DNA of 64,000 nucleotides, from the IMG/VR virus record IMGVR_UViG_3300043607_000009, positions 441-64,440 of that record; one strand, 5' to 3'. This DNA is from a virus. The notes beneath the pieces are model-generated. The model searched no databases, was not told the origin of the DNA, and saw only the letters and a program-made list of their open reading frames with translations. The translations under genes were made by a program, and so were the position numbers. Shown piece by piece: positions 36,036 to 44,994 of this stretch (the first letter of the stretch is position 1; each line of letters starts with the position of its first letter).

Positions 36036-36953
36036 TTACGACCCCGGAGTACCCCACACCGAGCGAGGATCGGTCCAGCCCTCTTTGTAGCGCTCGGTGC
36101 TCTTGTAGCGCATGGAGTCGGTTTCGAAGTCGCCCTCCATGCTCTTCTGGATGCGCCGACGCATCATGAGCTGCAAGCCCTTCGGAGCGTTCGTCTGAAT
36201 CCACCACGCTGTCGTGCTCGTGATGCGAGCCAGGTTCGCTTGCCCCTCCGACAACAGTCCCATCGACTTGACGGGGTTGATGTCGTTGTTCGCCGCGCCC
36301 GTGCGCAAGACGGACTTCAAGATGACCTCCGCCTGGAACACGTTGCTCGGCCCCGTCACGAGCTTCAGCGGGTTGAGCCGGATGCGCTTGCCGTTGTTGT
36401 CTACGGCGTTGCGGATCTGGATCAACATCTGCTCCACGGAGGTCTGCGACATGGCCGCCGACTGCGTGAGCAGATTCGAGAACGTTCCGCCGACGATCGG
36501 ATGCGACGCCGAGTTGAGCGGTTGACCATCGCCGCCGAGATACGAGCCGTTGAACGCGCGGTTCATGACGTTCGCGCACAACGTCTCCTTGGTCTCGATC
36601 ATCGACTGAGCGAGCCCTTCGGAGTAGATCGTACCGATGCGGATGTGGTCACCGTCTTCGACGAGGATCTTCGTCAACGCGAAGGCCAAGCCGTACACGC
36701 GGTACACGTACCGCTGCACGAAGAGCTCGCCGCCCGCGTCGTAGGTGACGGGAGTGCCGTCCGGAATCTCGGGCGCCACGCCGAAGGCGTAGAGCACGGG
36801 CTCCTCGTGGTAAGCGCGCGGAGTGCCGTTGCGCTCCTTGAAGATCTGCTTCCACTCGTCGGCGCGTTGGTCGTAAATGCCGTCGTAGACCTCGTTCAGG
36901 ATCGGTTCGACAACCGACCGGAAGTCGGTACTACGCATGGGTGCCGTAGGCAT
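36036..36953 (-). CDS. major capsid protein
   Basis: 305 aa; YGLAFALT..L.EDG, LN.AF, DFET...Y...ERY..G..DPR..WG.PG; follows scaffold. Confidence 0.9.
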   Translation of the reverse strand: MPTAPMRSTDFRSVVEPILNEVYDGIYDQRADEWKQIFKERNGTPRAYHEEPVLYAFGVAPEIPDGTPVTYDAGGELFVQRYVYRVYGLAFALTKILVEDGDHIRIGTIYSEGLAQSMIETKETLCANVMNRAFNGSYLGGDGQPLNSASHPIVGGTFSNLLTQSAAMSQTSVEQMLIQIRNAVDNNGKRIRLNPLKLVTGPSNVFQAEVILKSVLRTGAANNDINPVKSMGLLSEGQANLARITSTTAWWIQTNAPKGLQLMMRRRIQKSMEGDFETDSMRYKSTERYKEGWTDPRSVWGTPGS

Positions 36954-36980
36954 GTTTGCTTCCTCCTAGTAGGTTGTGGG

Positions 36981-37535
36981 TTACACCGACGCGCGGTCGG
37001 CGACGTACTGGTGCTCGGACGGTTGCACCAGAACGATCGGGAAGAGGTCTCCCCAGTTGTTGTCGGGGCCGGGAGCGAGACCGATGACGCGCATACCGGC
37101 GTTCGCGGCGGCCGAGGCGACGTTGAGACCCATCGTCGCGAGGCCGGTGACGCTGTTTCCGGAAAGCGCTTCCCAGTCGTACTGTTGCCCGATCGCAGCG
37201 ACCGACAGAGTGGCGTTCGCTTGGATCTGGTAGACCATCGCCGGATCGAGCGTGTAGTACGCCTGCACTTCCGTTGCGACGGTGTTCTCGAGCCAACGGT
37301 TGTAGTACGTGGGTTTGTTGAGCGCGTCTCGGTATTCGACTCCCGAGAACGCACCGAGCCAACGATCGCCAGCGGCGGCCGCCACCATGAAGCCAGCGGC
37401 ACTCACGCCGACGGGGTAGCCGTTGTAAACGTTGACTGCGTAGGCCGACTCGATAGCCGGAGTCGGACCCATGGGGCGCAGCGTGCCGGACAAACTGTAT
37501 GCCGGTCGCAGCCCAAAGGGCGCGTACGTCTGCAT
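36981..37535 (-). CDS. capsid decoration / minor capsid protein
   Basis: PFGLRP N-terminus, G.F.GVEY, DP...Y.IQA; precedes MCP. Confidence 0.65.
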   Translation of the reverse strand: MQTYAPFGLRPAYSLSGTLRPMGPTPAIESAYAVNVYNGYPVGVSAAGFMVAAAAGDRWLGAFSGVEYRDALNKPTYYNRWLENTVATEVQAYYTLDPAMVYQIQANATLSVAAIGQQYDWEALSGNSVTGLATMGLNVASAAANAGMRVIGLAPGPDNNWGDLFPIVLVQPSEHQYVADRASV

Positions 37536-37585
37536 GATGCAAGCACTCCTAGTTCAGTAATACTGAACCCGGAGCCTTGCCGTCG

Positions 37586-38152
37586 TTACGCTTCGCCAGT
37601 GGCCTTCGCGAATGACGGGGGCTTCCGGGACTTGCCCAAATCGCCCATGCCTTCCGCCAGTTCGACTTCAATCCCTTCGTTGCCGCTCGAAGCGAGGCCC
37701 GCGGCCTCTGCCTTCATCTGTTCCACGCGCTCACGGATCGCCGCTTCGTCTTCGAGCGGCCGGTCGTGATGGACATGACGCATCATCTCTTCCCAGAGAT
37801 GCAATGGAATCTTGTAGGCGACCATCTCGTTGATCCCGATGACGCCCTCGTTGGCCCCGGTCTTCAGGGAGACGTGTTCCCATCCGGGGTGATCTTCAGC
37901 GCGCATCGGCTCGTAGCCAATCAACATCCGTTTGTGAACGGAGTCTTGGGGATTGTTCGTCGTCAACCAGCAGACATGGTATCCCGGTATCTTGGGCAGA
38001 TCCGGGAGCACGTCTTTCTGTAATTGCTTGCGAAACTCATCCAGCCGTTCGCTGTCACTGAACGTGCGATCTTCCGACACTACTCGGTCTAGTGCCCGAT
38101 CACGACGTGCGGTGCCTGCCAGCTTCGCGCCTCGATTCACTTTGCGTACCAT
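37586..38152 (-). CDS. conserved head-module protein
   Basis: LPDLPKIPGYHVCWL...GYEP; between scaffold and capsid genes. Confidence 0.6.
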   Translation of the reverse strand: MVRKVNRGAKLAGTARRDRALDRVVSEDRTFSDSERLDEFRKQLQKDVLPDLPKIPGYHVCWLTTNNPQDSVHKRMLIGYEPMRAEDHPGWEHVSLKTGANEGVIGINEMVAYKIPLHLWEEMMRHVHHDRPLEDEAAIRERVEQMKAEAAGLASSGNEGIEVELAEGMGDLGKSRKPPSFAKATGEA

Positions 38153-38166
38153 CTAGCCCACTCCCT

Positions 38167-39288
38167 TCAGCGAGCGTTCTTCGGATCGCGATCGTGATCG
38201 CGATACCGCTTCAAAAGTCGTTTGCCCTGCGGCGAGTCGATCTCGATGCCGGCCTCGGCCATGGCCTCGAGTCGATCGCGGCTCAGATAAACCTCGTTGT
38301 TGCCGAGCTCGCGATCTGCTCCGCCTTGGCGAAACCGCGGACCCGTGCCGTTCATGCGACGACCATTGCCGTTGCCTTTCCCGTTGCTGCCGCCCCCCTT
38401 GTCCTTGTCGCCGCGCACGTCGTCGTCCGCTTCGTCGTCTTCGCGGTCGCGTCCGTTCGTCATACGCTTCTTCAAGTGTGAGAGTTTCTTGGCGATGCGG
38501 CGATCGAGCTCGTCCCAGTACGCATCGGTAGAGGGCTCGAGCCTACGTTCGCGCATGAGCGTGTCGTCCAAGGCACCGACAAGAGCGGAGTCTTCGTCGC
38601 TACGCCGCGGATCGAACCACGGGTTGTCGGAGAGCCACTCCTTGGTGCGCGCTACTACGCGCGGGTCTGGCTTGTTCTTGCCGTCGTCGTCGGCCGCTTC
38701 GCCGCGGGCTTCCTGCTCGGCCTTGTAGTTCTCGAGCTGGCCGAGCTTGTCTCGCAAGTCGTCGCGGATGCGTGTGGCCTCGACATTGGCCGTGCCGTCC
38801 TTGTCATCGACCGCAGCAGCCATCGTGGCCTCTGCCTGTCGGATCGCGGCTTTGAACTGGTTGATCCGACCATCAACGGTCGTGACCTCGAGCTGATCGA
38901 CGCGACGCGCGAGCTCGGACGTTGAGCGCTCGAGGGTCTCGTTGCGCGTCGAGAGGAAGCGGTTCTCGCGCTCGAGCTCGATGCGACGCGCCTCGTTGCG
39001 GCGTCGCTTCTCGGAGCGTGACTTCCGTTCCTTGCGACGGTTCTCGCGAATCGCATCGCGATCCTCGTCTTCGCTTTCGCCGGCCCGCGCGTCATCGCGG
39101 TCCGTGTCGTCGCGATCGTCGTCGCTCTCGCGATCGTCGTCGCTTTCCTCCCCGGCCGCTTCCTTGCGCTTGCCCTTCTTGCTGAGACCATCGTCGTCGG
39201 CGTGTTCGTCGAGCATACGCACGTCGTCGGTGACGATCGTGATCTCGTCTTCTTTGTCTTTGCCGTCGTTGTCTTTCTTGTCCGCCAT
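38167..39288 (-). CDS. capsid scaffolding protein
   Basis: Acidic N-terminus, long coiled coil, W...NPWF motif, basic C-terminus. Confidence 0.7.
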   Translation of the reverse strand: MADKKDNDGKDKEDEITIVTDDVRMLDEHADDDGLSKKGKRKEAAGEESDDDRESDDDRDDTDRDDARAGESEDEDRDAIRENRRKERKSRSEKRRRNEARRIELERENRFLSTRNETLERSTSELARRVDQLEVTTVDGRINQFKAAIRQAEATMAAAVDDKDGTANVEATRIRDDLRDKLGQLENYKAEQEARGEAADDDGKNKPDPRVVARTKEWLSDNPWFDPRRSDEDSALVGALDDTLMRERRLEPSTDAYWDELDRRIAKKLSHLKKRMTNGRDREDDEADDDVRGDKDKGGGSNGKGNGNGRRMNGTGPRFRQGGADRELGNNEVYLSRDRLEAMAEAGIEIDSPQGKRLLKRYRDHDRDPKNAR

Positions 39289-39314
39289 TGGTCCGCCCGT
39301 TTACGGGATTGTTT

Positions 39315-39776
39315 TCACTTCAGATAAGCGACGTGTGTGAGGGGGTCGCCTTCGATGAGCCCGGCAAGATCGCTGTCTCGGAACAACACGAAGAGCGCAG
39401 AATCCGGCGAGTTCGGGACGGGGACTTCCCATCGGTCCCCGCCGTACTTGGGGCAACGTACGAAGTCCCCGACATCGCACCAAGCGCCTTCCGGCCAGGG
39501 CTTGTTGGTATCGCGGTCTTTGAAAGCGCCGGGTCCGAGCGCGATGACTTTCGCGACCTGAGTGTTCCAGAGCTCGGTCTCGCGGGTTTCCTCTGGAAGA
39601 TGGATACCCGTTTTCGTCCGCGTCATTGGCGTCCGGATCTGCACAAGCACTCGAAAACCAAACGGTTTGACTCCGGCCGGAGCCACCGGGAAGGCGTGCT
39701 CGATGGAGTCGTATGCCAACGTCGATCTGGGAAGATCCCGGACCGAGAGAGAACGCGGGTTACTTTCTTTCGTCAT
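39315..39776 (-). CDS. groES: co-chaperonin GroES-like protein
   Basis: KPFGFRVLV...TKTGIHLP...KVIALGPG...VGDFV...KYGG...FRDSDL. Confidence 0.85.
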   Translation of the reverse strand: MTKESNPRSLSVRDLPRSTLAYDSIEHAFPVAPAGVKPFGFRVLVQIRTPMTRTKTGIHLPEETRETELWNTQVAKVIALGPGAFKDRDTNKPWPEGAWCDVGDFVRCPKYGGDRWEVPVPNSPDSALFVLFRDSDLAGLIEGDPLTHVAYLK

Positions 39777-40011
39777 TCTCGGTTTTCAGCACTTCCGCCA
39801 ACAACTGCTCGGCGCGTAACAAGCCAGCCTGAACTCCGCATCGCTCGCCGTATTCGAACGCATCGCGCTCTCGCGGCTCTCGCAACGCTTCAAGTGCATG
39901 GTCAGCTTGAATACCCCAAAGCCCTGACAGGTAGCGGTCGAGAACTCTACTCCCCGTCCCAAGTTTTGTAAAAGGGGAACCCTTCGGCGGCTTCGTGATC
40001 GGTGCGGACAC
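39760..40011 (-). CDS. small conserved head-module protein
   Basis: FEYG.RCG..AGL..A; precedes groES. Confidence 0.5.
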   Translation of the reverse strand: MSAPITKPPKGSPFTKLGTGSRVLDRYLSGLWGIQADHALEALREPRERDAFEYGERCGVQAGLLRAEQLLAEVLKTENDERK

Positions 40012-40021
40012 GGGAACGGTT

Positions 40022-40198
40022 TTAGTAGTTCGGCCGTTCCGGAGCGTCGCCGCGACCGCCCTTGTCCTTGATCGCCGGAGGAGCGGATTTCGACTTCTGA
40101 TCCGTGGGCTTACCCGTGGCGCCGGCCTTGCCGTCCGGGATCTCTTGGCCGAGCAAACCCGTCATCGCGAGCTTCTTGTGCTGTGGCAGAAAACCCAT
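40022..40198 (-). CDS. 58-aa hypothetical protein (below track cut-off)
   Basis: GGAG SD, MGFLPQHKKLAMTG... Confidence 0.5.
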   Translation of the reverse strand: MGFLPQHKKLAMTGLLGQEIPDGKAGATGKPTDQKSKSAPPAIKDKGGRGDAPERPNY

Positions 40199-40255
40199 GG
40201 TGATCTCCGTTTAGTGGGGAAGTCGGCGGCGAGTCTACACCCGCCGCCGCGCAGT

Positions 40256-40477
40256 TCACCATCCCTCGGCTCGAGCTTGGATCAGCGCTTGGCGCCCGAG
40301 CTCGGTGGCTTGAATGGGTTGTCCGTTGATGAGGTTCCCCGTGTAGACGGCTAAGCCCTTGCGTACGAGAGCGTCGCCTGCCTGGCCGCAGCGCGCGCCT
40401 TTGTGGTTGTTTACCATCCTCGAGAGGCGTCGAAGTTGCGCGTCGGTGAGTTTGTGCGTAGTGTATTTCGTGCTCAT
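40256..40477 (-). CDS. small hypothetical protein
   Basis: AAGGAG SD; downstream of extended -10. Confidence 0.55.
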   Translation of the reverse strand: MSTKYTTHKLTDAQLRRLSRMVNNHKGARCGQAGDALVRKGLAVYTGNLINGQPIQATELGRQALIQARAEGW

Positions 40478-40568
40478 GGTTTCTCCTTAATCGTTGTTCG
40501 AGAGTGCGGGACCTCCGGGGAGTTGACGCTCCCCGGAGTACCTTTCGAGACTTACCGTCCCGAACAAC

Positions 40569-40577
40569 ATTATACCA
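40569..40577 (-). promoter_or_regulatory. extended -10 promoter (TGGTATAAT)
   Basis: TGnTATAAT in an AT-rich intergenic gap, followed by a 10-bp perfect hairpin at 40513-40538. Confidence 0.55.
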
Positions 40578-40595
40578 CAAACAAGAAAACTTTAT

Positions 40596-41627
40596 TTACG
40601 GCTCGAACTGCGCGAGCTGATCGAACGGCACGCGGAATCCCGCGGCGTTATTGTGACCGCCACCACCATACTCTGCCGCGATCATGCCCACGTCGGCCCC
40701 GCCCTCGCGTGAGCGCAGAGAGAAGTTGCGGCCGTCCGGAGAGTCGTAGAAGCAGCCGGCAAACGCATGCGAGTAGCGCAACGGATTGATGTCGGAGTCC
40801 ACGGTGTTCGGCAGCGGATGCCCCTTCACATTGCGCTCGCAGAGCATGTGCCCCGCGTCCGACGACAAGGTGTATGGCAAGTTCGCAATCGGCACGACCA
40901 TGAACCCTAGATCCGCAGCCGTAGGACCATCGAGCCACGGAGCTCGGAATTTCATTGGCCGAGTGACGACGCGCGCGAGCTCGTCGATGTCCTTGAAGTG
41001 CTTGCGCTCGATCGCCTCACCGTTCGCCGCGAACACGTCGCGGTACGGAGCGCTCGCTTCGAACTCTCGTACGAGATCGCTCCATACCGAGAAGTTGTAT
41101 GGGAACGAGAACAAGTTTGCTTGAATCTCGCGAGTGTACGGCAGCTTGAAGCGCCAAAGATCTCGATCCTCGACGTGATTGAGCAACATCGGCCGCGCGA
41201 CGCCGGGATTGAAGAAATCCCACGCGAGGCCGGCGCCCGAGCGCTCCAAGTCGTAGATCGTGTAGATGCCGCCTGTCGAGTCTTCGTCGAGCGTATCCAA
41301 GAACGTTTCCCATGACACGTCCTTTGGGTTCGGCGCGGCGAAGATCCGATCCGCTTTGTCGGGTGCCAAGTCATCACGCGCCGTCTTGTGGTGATCGAGC
41401 ACAAGCACGATGTTGCGGTTCAACGCGATCGACTTCATCACGTGGCGCTTGTACGCAAAGTCCACGAAGATGACGATCGAGTCGTAGATCTCGGGCGGCG
41501 GCCGCTGATACACGCTGGCATGGAACTCGGGACGACCGCCCTTCCGGTCCTTGAGTGCTTGGTTCACGACCCATGCGGCGCCGAAGCCATCCGCGCACGG
41601 ATAATGAAAAATACAATGCACTTTCAT
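40596..41627 (-). CDS. DHH/DHHA1 family phosphoesterase
   Basis: H..CADG, FVDF, LDHH, DRDLW, SLRS, GGGH..AAGF; AAGGA SD + ATG 41627. Confidence 0.9.
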   Translation of the reverse strand: MKVHCIFHYPCADGFGAAWVVNQALKDRKGGRPEFHASVYQRPPPEIYDSIVIFVDFAYKRHVMKSIALNRNIVLVLDHHKTARDDLAPDKADRIFAAPNPKDVSWETFLDTLDEDSTGGIYTIYDLERSGAGLAWDFFNPGVARPMLLNHVEDRDLWRFKLPYTREIQANLFSFPYNFSVWSDLVREFEASAPYRDVFAANGEAIERKHFKDIDELARVVTRPMKFRAPWLDGPTAADLGFMVVPIANLPYTLSSDAGHMLCERNVKGHPLPNTVDSDINPLRYSHAFAGCFYDSPDGRNFSLRSREGGADVGMIAAEYGGGGHNNAAGFRVPFDQLAQFEP

Positions 41628-42142
41628 TTGTTTTTCCTTTCTTGTTTGTAACCTTTGCGATTCTGAAGAAGATGTTCTACTTGTTGTTCTCGAGTCGCCC
41701 ATCTACAGTTCGTCGGCGTGTAGTTTCCACGACGATTGGGATACCGATCCAACTCGTGCTCCTCTGAAGGGCATTCTCCCATATCCTTCAAAAAAGTTTC
41801 GTAACTGTTCCAGCGGGGGCAGATACGAACGTTCTTGTAGTGTTTGTAGTCACGTCGTTTGGTGTTCTTAGACAGACATCGTGCTCGCATAGAGCGCCAA
41901 ATGCGATAACTCCGAGGAAACTTACCCTTGCGTGCGGCTCCATGAGATCGTGCAGGTCGATTTGAAAAAGCGCATCGACGGCATTGGGTCGAAGCGCCAT
42001 TGCGCAGATGAGTAGCTGACACAACATGCTTCTGCCCACAAGCACATCGACAAAGCCATTGAGTAAAGGGACTAGTTCTAACTAGCTTGATGACTATCCA
42101 CTGGCTGAACGATTGCCCTCTAAGATTCTGGAAAGTAGGCAT
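41624..42142 (-). CDS. HNH homing endonuclease
   Basis: CRCACG...HLRNG...CRRC; IWRSMRARC; C.RW..Y..F..DMG; LDR..N.GNY.P.NCRWAT. Confidence 0.9.
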   Translation of the reverse strand: MPTFQNLRGQSFSQWIVIKLVRTSPFTQWLCRCACGQKHVVSATHLRNGASTQCRRCAFSNRPARSHGAARKGKFPRSYRIWRSMRARCLSKNTKRRDYKHYKNVRICPRWNSYETFLKDMGECPSEEHELDRYPNRRGNYTPTNCRWATREQQVEHLLQNRKGYKQERKNK

Positions 42143-42218
42143 AGTACAAGGGTATCACTACACTTGTGCTGAGAGATAGGGCGAATCGAAGGGAAAAGGG
42201 GTATTCCTACCTTTGCAG

Positions 42219-44990
42219 TCAGCGTTGCCTCGAACCTGACGGGTTGGGGTTATTCCCCGTGCCAGTCGATTGAGGCACCTTATCCCCCGATTCGATCTCG
42301 GCAGCCGCAATCCGGACCGCGGTCACATTGTCGCCAATGTTGCGACGTTCCAGAGAGTCGAGTTCAGCGGCCGCACGCTCATCCTCGCCGCGCTCACGCT
42401 GTGCAAGCTCTTGGAGCCGAGCAGCGATCTCCGCAGTTTGCCGTGCGTCGTCTTGTGCAGCTTTGATAGCAGCCTGCCGCTCCGCTGCCGAAAGTTTTGC
42501 GAAATCGACCTCCGTGATTGCCTGTCGCTCTTCGCGACGAGCTTGGAGGTCGATGACCTTCTCTTGCGTACGCGACTGGATCTTCTTGTCTTCGGTCTGC
42601 GCACGGAGTTGGTCGCCCTCGCGCTTCGCTTGAACCGCAGCCATCTTGTTCGGATCGGACGGCATGCCCATGTTGGGCGGTGCGAGCTGCGAGAGGAATT
42701 GTTGGGCCTTCTGAATGATCGGTGGGAGCTGCTTCCACACTTCTTCGGCGCGCTTCATGATCCGACTCGAAGCAGCCTCGAGCGTTTGATCGAGCTCTCG
42801 ACGGGCGCCCACGTCCTGCTCGGACATGATCGTCTTCATCTGCTCCTCGTCCGCGTCGGCCGCTTGCATTACGAGCTCGTAGAACTCGTTCGCGTACCAG
42901 TAGACCAAGTGCTCCTTCAAGTGCCCGAGCGCGGCGCTCAGGAAGGTCGGTGCGATGATGATGTTCTGCCCAAAGATGGGAGATTCCATAAAGTCCACGA
43001 GCACTTGGATGTGCGCGAGCTGATCTTGATCCGGGAACGCGGCTACCGGCCGACCGAGCGTCATCGCGACGTTCTCGTTGACTTGGTTCATCCGCTGCGG
43101 CTTGGGCACCGGAATGAGCAAGCGGTCGCGGTTCGGGATCTTGGCGCGCTCGAGGAGCATGAGCTCCGCCTCGCGTTGGTCGTAGAGCGCCGGCATGGTC
43201 GCGGCGCGATCGGCCACGATCTGCGCTTGCGCGATCCGCTGCACGTCGGAGAAGACCTCCGGGTCGGCGACGGGGATGCAGTCTAGCGGGCCCTCGAAGT
43301 CTTCGCGGTACGCGAGCACTTCACCGATGTCGTTCAACATCTCCTCTTCGGTGACGTACATGCGGTCGATCCGGTGGAGCACGTTGATGACGTACTCCAT
43401 CGAGTGGTAGAGCCGCAGATGGATCGCCGCTTGGACCCGCATGCCCTCCTCGATCAGCGCGAGCGTAGTGCCCACGGGCATGTCCGCACTGCCCTCGGAG
43501 AGCTTCTCCATTGCGATATGGATCGCGTTCTGGCCGGCGTCGGTGAGGAAGCCGAGCAGCTTGAAGAGCGTCTCCGACGGGCCGGGGAACGGGATGTGCA
43601 TCAAGAGCTCGCGAATGTCCTTCGTGCCCGTGACGCCGCCCTCGATCTCGAGCACTTGCGTCGGGTCGATCGCGGCTTGCTGGCCCGTGAAGTTGGTGCC
43701 CTTGAGCTTGGCGAGCACTTGTGAGTTCTGGATCAGTGCAGCATCGAGCAGCGCGCGTAAAGCTCCGGTCGCGGCTCCTGCCAACGAGCCAATGAGTTGG
43801 CCCAAGCCAATGTGGTAGGCGCCGCGCCACGGGATCATCCCGAACGACACCATCCACTGCATGCGCTCGAAGTCTTCGTCTTCCTGTTCCCAATTGCGGA
43901 CGATCGACACGATCTTGTGCGACGGTCCGTCGATCGAGATCAGGTACGGAGCGGAACCCTTCTGCGACTCGGCGTCTTGCTCGAAGCTCTCGAAGCACGA
44001 GCATTCGTGCACGATCTTGAGCCCGTCCTTGTTGTAGCCAGAATCTTCCTTGCCTTCGATCTTCTCGGTCGCGGCTTGTGGCTTGGTGGGCTCGGGCATC
44101 TGCGACGACGTGTCCGGACCGATGTCGCGGTACATGCCCTCATCGACGCGCTTGCGAAACTCGTAGCGCGTCATCGGCTCGTGGTACGTCTGCCGCTCGG
44201 CCGAGTAGAAGTTCGCGGCCGCAAACGGGATCGACACTTCGTCGATCGGCACGCAGCGCGGCACGGGACGACGACGACGCTTGGCGTAGTCGGGCGTGAG
44301 CCGTAGATACTGCTCGCCGGCCAACGGTAGTTGCGTGAGGAGCTTCTCGAGCTCGGAGCGGAACTCCGGCATCTGCTTCACGAACTGCCAGTTCATGTAT
44401 GCCTTCTTGCGCTCGGCCTTCTTCATCCGATCCGCAGAGGGGTTGTCGCCGGGGACGAACATCCGCACCGGGCCATTGGGCGGCATGAGCTCCTTGATCG
44501 CGCGCGCTTCGAAGTCCACCGACGACTGCGCGATCATCGGGTGCACGGCCTTGCTCGCACCTTCGAACGAGGCGCCGCCCGGTGCTTCTTTCCCGAGTCC
44601 AGTACGTTTGATGGCTTCGGCGTACTGATCGTCGCGCTTTTTGCGTGACTCCTTGTCGAGGTCGATCGACTCGAGCAGCCGCGTCGAGAGGGAGTCCAAG
44701 AACGGCTCGTCGAAGAGATCTACGATGTTGTCGTAGAAGTCTCCGACCTCGGTGGCGGCCTTGTCGTCTTCCTCGAGCCGGATGATCGCGCCACCGTCGT
44801 CGGTGTTCTCGATCTTCATGCCCTTCTTGTCGTCGTCGCCGAGCACTTCCGCGATGAGCGGTTCGGTGTCGGGATCTCCGCCGAGCTTGACGCGCTTCGC
44901 ATCCAATGGGATGCGATGACGATCCTCCGGCAGCGCGAAACGGTTCGGATCTTCTTCGTCTTGTGGGATAAGCGGATCGAAGCCCGTCAT
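42219..44990 (-). CDS. portal protein
   Basis: 923 aa; F..AS...HP.I..S.VDF.AR, LP..G..Y, GA...G.G, P.P.P..TL..LL; directly after terminase. Confidence 0.9.
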   Translation of the reverse strand: MTGFDPLIPQDEEDPNRFALPEDRHRIPLDAKRVKLGGDPDTEPLIAEVLGDDDKKGMKIENTDDGGAIIRLEEDDKAATEVGDFYDNIVDLFDEPFLDSLSTRLLESIDLDKESRKKRDDQYAEAIKRTGLGKEAPGGASFEGASKAVHPMIAQSSVDFEARAIKELMPPNGPVRMFVPGDNPSADRMKKAERKKAYMNWQFVKQMPEFRSELEKLLTQLPLAGEQYLRLTPDYAKRRRRPVPRCVPIDEVSIPFAAANFYSAERQTYHEPMTRYEFRKRVDEGMYRDIGPDTSSQMPEPTKPQAATEKIEGKEDSGYNKDGLKIVHECSCFESFEQDAESQKGSAPYLISIDGPSHKIVSIVRNWEQEDEDFERMQWMVSFGMIPWRGAYHIGLGQLIGSLAGAATGALRALLDAALIQNSQVLAKLKGTNFTGQQAAIDPTQVLEIEGGVTGTKDIRELLMHIPFPGPSETLFKLLGFLTDAGQNAIHIAMEKLSEGSADMPVGTTLALIEEGMRVQAAIHLRLYHSMEYVINVLHRIDRMYVTEEEMLNDIGEVLAYREDFEGPLDCIPVADPEVFSDVQRIAQAQIVADRAATMPALYDQREAELMLLERAKIPNRDRLLIPVPKPQRMNQVNENVAMTLGRPVAAFPDQDQLAHIQVLVDFMESPIFGQNIIIAPTFLSAALGHLKEHLVYWYANEFYELVMQAADADEEQMKTIMSEQDVGARRELDQTLEAASSRIMKRAEEVWKQLPPIIQKAQQFLSQLAPPNMGMPSDPNKMAAVQAKREGDQLRAQTEDKKIQSRTQEKVIDLQARREERQAITEVDFAKLSAAERQAAIKAAQDDARQTAEIAARLQELAQRERGEDERAAAELDSLERRNIGDNVTAVRIAAAEIESGDKVPQSTGTGNNPNPSGSRQR

Positions 44991-44994
44991 AGTG

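Noticed and set aside
36018-37769. 583-aa plus-strand ORF over the capsid genes (also 56987-58390, 58825-60423, 50467-51849, 18902-20086)
   Set aside because: Shadows of well-supported opposite-strand genes; unlike the intein-nested ORFs they have no recognisable domain or expression signal
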